The notes beneath the pieces are model-generated. The model had not been told where the DNA came from. It made no database searches and saw nothing but the letters and a program-made list of their open reading frames with translations. This document shows, one piece after another, positions 56,769 to 64,000 of a stretch of DNA of 64,000 nucleotides. How positions within the stretch are numbered: the first letter of the stretch is position 1; every line of letters starts with the position of its first letter. Location: the NCBI GenBank assembly GCA_965223155.1, contig CBDCVR010000014.1, positions 480,001 to 544,000 on the forward strand, read 5' to 3'. A program made the position numbers and the translations under genes. The DNA is from Candidatus Multivoradales bacterium. Lineage in GTDB: Bacteria > Acidobacteriota > Thermoanaerobaculia > Multivoradales > JAHEKO01.

Positions 56769-56843
56769 CGTGTTGCCGGCACGCTAGCGCACGCTCGGCG
56801 CCCGGCCAAGTCAGCAGCAGACGCGGCGTGCGAGTGCCATCAG

Positions 56844-57422
56844 CTACTCGGCCCACGAGCGCTCCTGCCACTCCCGGGCAAGCAGCCCGAGGAACACGGA
56901 GTCGGCGGCGCCGTCCGGTTCCTGCCATCGTTCCCGCAGGTATCCCTCCCGCTGAAATCCCAAGCGCTCGAGAAGAGCCAGCGAGGCGACGTTTCGGGGA
57001 TCCACATCGGCCTCCAGACGGTGGAGGTCCAGCCCGACGAAGGCGAACTCGAGGAGCGCGGTCAGCGCGTCGCGCATCAGACCCTGTCCCCAATGGTCCC
57101 GATGAAGCGCGAATCCGATCTCGCTTCGGCGATTCCCGGCGTCGAGCTGCCACAGCGTACAGGTGCCGATCACTCGCTCTTCCCGGGGCAGCGTCACCCC
57201 CCATTGCAGAAAGGTCCCGGTCTCCAAGCCTCGCTGGATCTTGGCGATCTGGCGTCGAGCGGCGGCGCGGTCCGTCAACCCAGGGCCGCCCCAGTACCGG
57301 GTGACGTCCGGGTTCGAGAAGATCGCGACCAGGGCGTCGGCGTCGCTGTCAGCGAGCTCGCGCAACACGACGCGCCGGCCTCGAATTCGCGGCAGCACAC
57401 TGTCAGGGAACCAGTCCGGCAT
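56844..57422 (-). CDS. GNAT (RimJ/RimL-like) N-acetyltransferase
   Basis: EIGFALHRDHWGQG, LHRLEADVDPRNVASLALLERLGFQREGYLRE. Confidence 0.92.
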   Translation of the reverse strand: MPDWFPDSVLPRIRGRRVVLRELADSDADALVAIFSNPDVTRYWGGPGLTDRAAARRQIAKIQRGLETGTFLQWGVTLPREERVIGTCTLWQLDAGNRRSEIGFALHRDHWGQGLMRDALTALLEFAFVGLDLHRLEADVDPRNVASLALLERLGFQREGYLRERWQEPDGAADSVFLGLLAREWQERSWAE

Positions 57423-57432
57423 CACCAGGACC

Positions 57433-58014
57433 TCAGCCTTCGAACGGCGCGGACGCGACCAGGCGGACGAGGGCTTCGAGGGTCGGCCCCAGAGCCGACG
57501 AGACCTCCGGGTCGGCAAGGCCGAACCAGCGCGCCTCGAGCTCGGGCTCCTCAACCTTCCGGTCCCCCGTACCCACCCGAAACACGAGCCTCAGATCCAG
57601 ATGGAGGTGCTCCGGCTCCGGGCCCCAGGCGGGAATCCGGTGTACGTCGAGACCCAGCGGGACGGCGGTCTCCGGGTCCAGGCGCATCCCGGTCTCCTCG
57701 GCGACCTCCCTTGCCGCCGCCGCGGCCACCGTGCGGTCGGACGTCTCGAAATGCCCGCCGGGTTGGAGCCAGGCCTCCAGCTTCCGGTGCCGGATCAAGA
57801 GCGTCCGTTCGAGGCTCCAGTCCAGCACCACCCCGCTGGCGGTGAAATGGCCCGGCTGGAACCACGACCGCTCCCAGCAGCGAGGGAGCCCGGCCAGCCG
57901 CCGCAGCTCGTCGGCATCGGTGAGGGCACCGAAGCAGTGACCGTCTGCTACCAGCTCGGCGACCAGCCGGCGTATGGCCTCGACCGGACCCGGAGATCCC
58001 CCTCGCGTCGCCAT
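57433..58014 (-). CDS. NUDIX hydrolase
   Basis: GHFTASG, Nudix box PGGHFETSDRTVAAAAAREVAEETG, HLHLDLR. Confidence 0.9.
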   Translation of the reverse strand: MATRGGSPGPVEAIRRLVAELVADGHCFGALTDADELRRLAGLPRCWERSWFQPGHFTASGVVLDWSLERTLLIRHRKLEAWLQPGGHFETSDRTVAAAAAREVAEETGMRLDPETAVPLGLDVHRIPAWGPEPEHLHLDLRLVFRVGTGDRKVEEPELEARWFGLADPEVSSALGPTLEALVRLVASAPFEG

Positions 58015-58029
58015 CCGATGCGCTCTGTC

Positions 58030-58079
58030 CTAATCGGGCCTAGTTGGACCTAGTCGGGCCTGGTCGGGCCTAGTCAGGC
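58030..58079 (-). repeat. 5 x 10-bp degenerate tandem repeat copying the last codons and stop of the peroxiredoxin gene
   Basis: Minus strand: gcctgacTAG gcccgaccag gcccgacTAG gtccaacTAG gcccgatTAG. Confidence 0.85.
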
Positions 58080-58729
58080 TGCGGCACGACCCGGATGTAC
58101 GGCAACGGCTGCTGCCAGCCTTCCGGATACCGCTCTTTGGCTTCCTCGTCGGACACCGAAGGCAGGATGATGACGTCATCGCCGTCTTCCCAATTGGCCG
58201 GAGTCGCCACTTGCCTTGCGGCAGTGAGCTGGCAGCTGTCCAGAAGCCGGAGGATCTCGGCGAAGTTGCGGCCGGTGCTCATGGGGTACGTCAGCGTGGC
58301 CTTGATCTTCTTGTCCGGACCGATCACGAAGACCGAGCGCGCCGTGGCGTTGTCCATCGCCGTGCGCCCGGCGCAGCTATCCCCAGCGTCCGCCGGAAGC
58401 ATGTCGTAGAGCCGAACCACCTCGAGCTCGGGGTCGCCGATGAGCGGGTAGTTGAGCGCGTGACCCTGCGACGCCTCGATGTCCTTGGACCAGGCCTGGT
58501 GATCCGCGACCCCGTCCACACTGATTCCCAGTACCTTGCAATTGCGCTTCTCGAACTCGGGCTTGAGGCTGGCGACGGCGCCGAGCTCGGTCGTGCAGAC
58601 CGGAGTGAAGTCCTTCGGATGGGAGAAGAGGATCGCCCAGCCGGCTCCTATCCAGTCATGAAACCTCACGGTCCCCTCGGTGGTCTCGGCGGTGAAGTCG
58701 GGTGCCGTGTCATTGATCCGCAGGGTCAC
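58070..58729 (-). CDS. 1-Cys peroxiredoxin (Prx6)
   Basis: FSHPKDFTPVCTTE, YPMSTGRNF, VATPANW. Confidence 0.95.
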   Translation of the reverse strand: MTLRINDTAPDFTAETTEGTVRFHDWIGAGWAILFSHPKDFTPVCTTELGAVASLKPEFEKRNCKVLGISVDGVADHQAWSKDIEASQGHALNYPLIGDPELEVVRLYDMLPADAGDSCAGRTAMDNATARSVFVIGPDKKIKATLTYPMSTGRNFAEILRLLDSCQLTAARQVATPANWEDGDDVIILPSVSDEEAKERYPEGWQQPLPYIRVVPQPD

Positions 58730-58779
58730 TGGCTCATCTTTTCTGAAGTTCCTTCGTAAGCTCAGTCTACCGAGGCGAA

Positions 58780-59988
58780 CTACAAGACGCTACCGGGCTC
58801 GGCGTCCACCGCATCCGCGAGACGCTCGAAATCCTCCATCTCGTTGTAGACCTGGGCACTCAGACGGCACCAGAGTCCGGCTCCCCAAAGAAACACTGGT
58901 ACCTCGATCCGATAGTGGAACAAGAGCCTGTCCCGAAGCCGCAGCGCCTCGGCCTCGGTGGCCGCGAATCGCTCCGGGAGCTCGACCGAAGCCATGGCGG
59001 CGGTCATCGACTCGGGCGCTCCGATCCGGGTCTGCCACCTCGAGGACAGCAGCCTCGCGCCCTCGAGGACCAGCTCATGGTTGTACCGCTGCACGGCCTC
59101 GAGGTCCCGATCGAGCAGGTACTCGATGCCGAACGGCGCCGCTAAGGGGGCGGAAAGATCGCGGGTCCCAGTCCAGTCGAACTCGCGGGCCAAACCCTCG
59201 TCCAGGTTCCAGGACACAACCGGGGGATGAAGCCCGTCCTGGACTTCCGGTCGTGCCCACAAAAAACCGCAGCTTCGGGGCGCACACGCCCACTTGTGGA
59301 GGTTCGCCGTGTAGTAGTCGGCGCTATAGGAAGCGACCGAGAGGGCGACCTGGCCCGGCGCGTGGGCCCCATCGATCAGGACCGCCACTCCACGCTCGCG
59401 CAGTCTTTGTACCAGCGCCTCGATCGGCAGCACCGTCCCGGTCTCCGAGACGATGTGATCCACCACCGCCAGCCGGGTCCGGCCCGTCGTCGCCGCCAGG
59501 ATCGCATCCACCACCTGGGTTCGGCTTCCGACCGGACAGGGCAAGGCGGCGACTTCGACCTCGGCGCCTGCCTCGCGGCAAGCGTGGCGGACCGCCTGGC
59601 GCACGCCGCCATAGGTCTTCTCGGTGGTCAGCACCCCGTCACCGGGCTGCAAGCCAAGGGAGCCGAGAACCGCGTTGACCCCTTCGGTGGCGTTGCCTAC
59701 GAAGACCAGATCGGATGGCTCGGCGCCGACAAACTCCGCCACGCGGGCGGCAGCCCGCCTCAGGCGGCTGGGCTGCTTCGAGACACCGAGCATGCCTGTC
59801 CCCTCGCGCAGCACGAAGCGGGACGGATTCGACTCGATCTGCCTCCGGATCCGATCCTGCTCGTCCAGGACCGCGATCGGGGCCACGCCGACGGTGCCGT
59901 GGTTGAGGTAGGCGAGCCCGGGGTCGAGCGGCCATTCGTCCCGAACGGCGCGGCCGAAGCTCGCCGCGCTTGCTCCTGCATCACCCAC
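58780..59988 (-). CDS. Class V PLP-dependent enzyme (isopenicillin N epimerase / C-S lyase EgtE-like)
   Basis: YLNHGTVG, NATEGVN, IDGAHAPGQ, NLHKW, GTRD, RLSAQVYN. GTG lies 6 nt after TACGCT. Confidence 0.9.
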   Translation of the reverse strand: MGDAGASAASFGRAVRDEWPLDPGLAYLNHGTVGVAPIAVLDEQDRIRRQIESNPSRFVLREGTGMLGVSKQPSRLRRAAARVAEFVGAEPSDLVFVGNATEGVNAVLGSLGLQPGDGVLTTEKTYGGVRQAVRHACREAGAEVEVAALPCPVGSRTQVVDAILAATTGRTRLAVVDHIVSETGTVLPIEALVQRLRERGVAVLIDGAHAPGQVALSVASYSADYYTANLHKWACAPRSCGFLWARPEVQDGLHPPVVSWNLDEGLAREFDWTGTRDLSAPLAAPFGIEYLLDRDLEAVQRYNHELVLEGARLLSSRWQTRIGAPESMTAAMASVELPERFAATEAEALRLRDRLLFHYRIEVPVFLWGAGLWCRLSAQVYNEMEDFERLADAVDAEPGSVL

Positions 59989-60192
59989 GGCTCGAGCGTA
60001 TCGCGGGCCGAGGCTGGCCTCTTGGGTCGCGAACCTTCGGCAGAGCGCCCCGTTGGTTTTCATGTCGCTGTGCCCGTGGGGACCTCGACGCGGCGCCGGG
60101 TCACCCGGGGTGGCAGGCCCTGGCGCTGCAGACGCCCTGGGAGCTCTCGGAGCCCGCGGCCTCCCGACTCGAGCCTCGATCCGTAGTCCTGG

Positions 60193-60702
60193 CTACGGCA
60201 AATCGATCACGAAGCCCGAAAACGTGAACCGACCCACCACCTCGTCGGTCAGCTCGGCGTCCGGACACATGCGAACCTCCGCCGGCATGCCGGCTTCGCT
60301 GTACAGGCGCACCATGCTGCTCCAGCGCTGTGTGCCGAAGAAGCTTCCCGCCTTCACCACCGAATTGTCCAGGCGAGTCAGAGTGTGGAAGATGTACTCC
60401 GCTCCGTCCCAGGTCCGGATCTCGGCGTCCACCGGATCCTCGATGCCGGCGAAGATCATGCTCGAGGCCGACATCCATTCGATCACCAGGCGTTGCCCCT
60501 CCGCTACCGAATAGAGTGGTGTCCACTCGCTGCAGAATGCGGTGCCCACGATCTCCACCGTGGTCCCACCTTGGACGGCGAACTCGGCGGTTCCGCCGGC
60601 CCCCTTCTTGGCCGGTGGCTCCGCTGCTGCGGGATACGCGAGAGCGATGCCGACCAGCACCGCCATGCCAAGCACGACGCGTCGTCTCATGGATTCCTTC
60701 AT
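60193..60702 (-). CDS. Secreted hypothetical protein
   Basis: GAGGAGG RBS. Signal peptide ends AAA. Beta-rich with two Cys. Confidence 0.72.
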   Translation of the reverse strand: MKESMRRRVVLGMAVLVGIALAYPAAAEPPAKKGAGGTAEFAVQGGTTVEIVGTAFCSEWTPLYSVAEGQRLVIEWMSASSMIFAGIEDPVDAEIRTWDGAEYIFHTLTRLDNSVVKAGSFFGTQRWSSMVRLYSEAGMPAEVRMCPDAELTDEVVGRFTFSGFVIDLP

Positions 60703-60758
60703 CGTGTACCTCCTCGTTGGGGCTCCGGCGAGTTTCCGATCGATCCCGCCGGTCTAGT

Positions 60759-61178
60759 TCAAGAGTCCACCGCAAGCCGCCAGCGAGCGCCGCACGCCTC
60801 AGCAGCGCGCAGGATTCGATCAAGAGACTCGAGATCGATCATCACCTCCGCGCTTTCCGGCACGGCTCCCGGGTTGGCCTCGAGCAAAGCCAGAAGCGTC
60901 TCGACGGTCCTGAGGCCGGCTTTCGGCTCGAACCACGCCGTGGCTTCGATGTTGGGCAGCTCTAGCGTCTCGGTGTCCGAAGAGATCTCGGCCTCGCCCG
61001 AAAGAAATGCCGCCACGTCGTCCACGGCTTCGGAGTGGAAGCTCCACAAATCACGGACCGCGAACGAAGCGGCCAGCTCGCCCAGCCGGTCGGCGTGGCG
61101 CGCCAAGGCCTTGCCGTCCATCGACACGTCAACGTCGGTGGTCTCGGGATCGAGGACGACGAAAAGCGCTGCGCCCAT
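60759..61178 (-). CDS. Hypothetical acidic protein (139 aa)
   Basis: GGAG before ATG 61178. Protein-like MGAALFVVLD..WFEPKAGLRTV..WRLAVD. Confidence 0.72.
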   Translation of the reverse strand: MGAALFVVLDPETTDVDVSMDGKALARHADRLGELAASFAVRDLWSFHSEAVDDVAAFLSGEAEISSDTETLELPNIEATAWFEPKAGLRTVETLLALLEANPGAVPESAEVMIDLESLDRILRAAEACGARWRLAVDS

Positions 61179-61366
61179 GAAGGCTCCCAAAGAATCGCCG
61201 CGGGCGAAGCCGGGTCGCCGCACGGCAGACAATCGGAGTGAATCAGCTTCCATCGTACGTGGTGCCGCGGTCCGGAGCAACCGGACCGGCACCCAAGAAC
61301 TTCGTAATGTAAACTCCTACGCCCTGCTCTACGAAACCACGAGACTGTAAGGAGGTATTCGAAACC

Positions 61367-62143
61367 ATGAGCGAAGACAAGAAGAGCCTTTGGGAAAAGA
61401 CCAAGGATCTAGCCGGCGACGCGGCCGATCTGGCGGGCGACGTCGCCGAGGCGGCGGCGGACAAGGCTGGCGACGCCGTTGACGCGGTCGTCGACACCGC
61501 CGGAGACGTCAAGGACGCCGCCGTCGATATGGCTTCCACGGCCGTCGACAAGGCGGGTGACGCCGTCGGCGCGGTTGCTGACAAGGCCGGAGACATCAAA
61601 GACGCAGCCGTCGGCATGGTGGCGTCGGCGGTGGACACGGCCGACGACGCTGTGGACGCCGTCGCCGACACCGCGGGCGATGCGGTCGATGCCGCCGTGG
61701 ACACGGCCGGAGACGCCGTGGACGCCGTCGCCGAAACGGCGGGCGACGTCAAGGACGCCACCGTGGACGTGGCCTCCGCCGCTGCCGACAAGGCCGGTGA
61801 CGCGGTGGACGCGGTCGCCGACACCGCAGGCGAGGTCAAGGACGCGGCCGTCGATGTTGCCTCGGCGGCTGTCGACAAGGCCGGTGATGCGGTCGAGGCC
61901 GTCGCCGACACCGCCGTAGCGGCCAAGGACGCGGTCGTCGATGTTGCCTCAGCGGCTGTCGACAAGGCCGGTGATGCGGTCGAAGCCGTCGCCGACACCA
62001 CGGTAGCGGCCAAGGACGCGGTGGTCGAAACCGCCGCCGACGCCGTCGACGCGGCGGGTGACATGGCGGAAGCCGCCGGTGACAAGGTCGCCGAGCTGGC
62101 CGATGACGCCGCGGACGCGATCAGCGGCGACTCGGACGCCTAG
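61367..62143 (+). CDS. Acidic Ala/Asp/Val/Gly repeat protein (LEA/apolipoprotein-like amphipathic repeats)
   Basis: Perfect TAAGGAGGT RBS. 29-aa (87-bp) repeats of DKAGDAVDAVADTAGDVKDAAVDVASAAV. Hairpin downstream. Confidence 0.85.
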   Translation: MSEDKKSLWEKTKDLAGDAADLAGDVAEAAADKAGDAVDAVVDTAGDVKDAAVDMASTAVDKAGDAVGAVADKAGDIKDAAVGMVASAVDTADDAVDAVADTAGDAVDAAVDTAGDAVDAVAETAGDVKDATVDVASAAADKAGDAVDAVADTAGEVKDAAVDVASAAVDKAGDAVEAVADTAVAAKDAVVDVASAAVDKAGDAVEAVADTTVAAKDAVVETAADAVDAAGDMAEAAGDKVAELADDAADAISGDSDA

Positions 62144-62164
62144 GCGGAAAATTCCGGTTTCTCT

Positions 62165-62194
62165 GAGAGCGGCCCTCCCACGGGGGCCGCTCTC
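62165..62194. terminator. Hairpin terminator between convergent genes
   Basis: GAGAGCGGCCCTC-ccac-GGGGGCCGCTCTC followed by TTCT. Confidence 0.75.
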
Positions 62195-62214
62195 TTCTCA
62201 GCCTCGCTTCCCAC

Positions 62215-62724
62215 CTACGGACAGGCTCCCCGGATCTGCTGGTCGGACAGCCCGGCCCGGGCCATGGCGGCGATCTGCTCTAGCGTGCACGAGCCACACA
62301 TGGATTCCGCGGGCGCCGCGCCGTCTATAGACGGCGGTTCCGGCGGTTGGTACCCGATCTTCGCCAGCTTCACTCGGGCCTGCTCGATGTACTGGCTGCT
62401 GGCGTTGCGCTCGCAATCGACGCGGCCGCTGCCCGACGTTTGGAAGAACTGCGCGCGAACGCTGGCATTCGCCGTATCGTCCTGCTGCCCGGACTCGGAT
62501 TCCTGATCCAGAATCTCGAAGTGGGAGTAGCCCGCGGCAACGCACAGCGACGCCGTCTTCTCATAGACGACCTTCATCGCCTTGCCGCGCAGACCGAGGA
62601 CTTTGACGCGATGGCTGACGACAAAGAGGTCGTCGCCTAGCTGGGTGAACGTGATGACCGCTCCCGCCGGAATGGCAAGCAGCAGCATCCCGGCGGCGAC
62701 GGCCGCGATTCGAAGGTGGCGCAT
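62215..62724 (-). CDS. Secreted hypothetical protein with six Cys
   Basis: GAGGAG RBS. Signal peptide ends AGA. LCVAAGYSHFEIL. C-terminal CTLEQIAAMARAGLSDQQIRGACP. Confidence 0.72.
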   Translation of the reverse strand: MRHLRIAAVAAGMLLLAIPAGAVITFTQLGDDLFVVSHRVKVLGLRGKAMKVVYEKTASLCVAAGYSHFEILDQESESGQQDDTANASVRAQFFQTSGSGRVDCERNASSQYIEQARVKLAKIGYQPPEPPSIDGAAPAESMCGSCTLEQIAAMARAGLSDQQIRGACP

Positions 62725-62831
62725 GACGTTCTCCTCGTGTTTGAAAGCCCGATCGTAGCTCACCGGGCACGCAAAGGTGGACCTTGACGCGACGGACTCG
62801 AGCTGGCGGCTCGGTCCCCTGGGACCCCCTC

Positions 62832-64000
62832 CTACCAGCCGCCCCCGCCGCCTCCGCCCGAGCTGCCGCCGCCCCCTCCACCCGAGCTGCCGCCGCCGCT
62901 ACTCCCCGAGCTGGGACGCGCGACCCCGGCCGCCATGCCGGCGGCCGCCGCGGTCCACGCCGCAGTCGCGCCGGCACCACCGAACGCACCACCACCGCCG
63001 GTCCAGCCGCGACCGGAAGAACCCGAGCCCGAGGTCCCAGTCCAGGAGCTCCGGCTGGTTTCCGGCCCGTAGCTTCGCGACCACTGGTCCACCTCGCCAC
63101 CCAGTCCAAAGGCGAGCAGGTACGGAAGCCAATCGTCCTCCAAGCGCGGATCCGGCCGGTCCAGCTCGCGCGCAAACAGGCGCCGCGCGAAGTCCAGCTC
63201 CTTGCGGCGAATGACCCGCGCCCGGCTATCCCGCGTCCGGGCCCAGTTCAGGGTCGAACGCGCGACCAGGAAGAAAAGCAGAGCCGCCGCCAGATGCCCG
63301 AACCAACCGAGTCGCAGGCCGGCGAGAAGATCGAACCTTCCGGGCGCCAGGACCACAGCAACGAGCCAGGCTCCCAAGAGGGCAACGGGCGCCAGGAACC
63401 AGATCGTCGAGATCGGCCGCACGGCCGGCCGGCGCCGGTACCGGAAGGCCAGAGACGACGCCATCAACATCGGGAGGATGCCGCCGACAACAAGCGCCAA
63501 GCCCAGAATCAGCGCCGCATCGCCGTTGCGCCAGAACGCGAGAACCATGAGAGCCAGCAGGATCATCATCAACAGGCAGCCGGGTGTCTTGTCCGGACCG
63601 GCGATCTTTCGGCCCATCCCCGGCAGCGCTCGGATCCGGCGCTCGATGCCGGCCGCGATGGTCGCCGAGGGCGAGAATCCCTTACCCCGATAGTGTTTGC
63701 GGACGGCTTCGGTATCGGTCTGGTCTCCAGAAAAAAACAGCTTGTCGAGTAGACGGCGCTGGTAGCCGGAGAACTCGTTGCGGCGGGCACGAAGCTTGAG
63801 CTCCAGGACCGACCGTGACCAAAACCGCTCGCGCTCTCGCACCGAGCTTCCGACCTTGCCCTCGACAACCCAGCGCGCGATGAGCGCCGACACCTCCGGC
63901 CGGCTGACGATTCCGTCCCAAAGGGCGCCAACCACCTCCGGTCGTAAGGAAAAGACCCGCTCTTCGAGCCAGCCGCGGTCCAGCTCGGCGGGTCCGTCCA
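62832..64000 (-). CDS. DUF2207-like membrane protein, 5' end outside the window
   Basis: The frame is open to the window edge. Multiple TMs, LPYLLAFGL, Gly/Ser tail GGGSSGGGGGGGW. Confidence 0.8.
   Translation of the reverse strand, partial: DGPAELDRGWLEERVFSLRPEVVGALWDGIVSRPEVSALIARWVVEGKVGSSVRERERFWSRSVLELKLRARRNEFSGYQRRLLDKLFFSGDQTDTEAVRKHYRGKGFSPSATIAAGIERRIRALPGMGRKIAGPDKTPGCLLMMILLALMVLAFWRNGDAALILGLALVVGGILPMLMASSLAFRYRRRPAVRPISTIWFLAPVALLGAWLVAVVLAPGRFDLLAGLRLGWFGHLAAALLFFLVARSTLNWARTRDSRARVIRRKELDFARRLFARELDRPDPRLEDDWLPYLLAFGLGGEVDQWSRSYGPETSRSSWTGTSGSGSSGRGWTGGGGAFGGAGATAAWTAAAAGMAAGVARPSSGSSGGGSSGGGGGGSSGGGGGGGW

Noticed and set aside
61243-62085. Antisense Ser/Thr/Ala/Pro-rich ORF resembling a mucin-like protein (also 10599-11063)
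   Set aside because: It mirrors the GNN-rich sense repeat genes, which carry the SD sites and terminators.
61367-62143. 87-bp and 33-bp DNA repeats as a possible CRISPR array
   Set aside because: The repeats are contiguous, in-frame and vary at synonymous positions. There are no unique spacers and no cas genes.

Overview
This is a high-GC, gene-dense chromosomal segment with about 50 CDS and one tRNA-Arg(UCG). I saw no IS, integrase, prophage, rRNA or CRISPR array. The gene repertoire (several Hanks-type kinases with TolB-like propellers, PadR-RDD, DUF5916 and DUF4412-like proteins) suggests Acidobacteriota; this is inference. Main points: (1) An imuA-imuB-dnaE2 mutasome cassette has a PAS-PAS-GGDEF-EAL gene inserted after imuB. 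Two near-identical sigma70 promoters precede imuA and dnaE2, and their 17-bp spacers carry a conserved TTACGC-N5-TTTCGC direct repeat, a candidate lineage-specific SOS box. (2) An FHA-EAL gene and a Cache-HAMP-Ser/Thr kinase gene form an apparent operon that converges on a LysM-FecR gene, a candidate phospho-Thr to c-di-GMP relay. (3) A DUF1998 helicase is fused to a DEDD exonuclease (MrfA+MrfB-like). (4) About ten genes show a leaderless layout (-10 box, 6-7 nt, start codon). (5) Degenerate 10-bp repeats echo the stop codon behind two unrelated genes. (6) Several enzymes have altered catalytic motifs (P450, sulfatase-fold protein, two metzincins), and one has a probable ACG start codon. (7) Two related acidic 11/7-mer amphipathic repeat proteins are present. 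All domain calls come from motif recognition by eye, not database searches, and many start codons were re-chosen relative to the ORF track.
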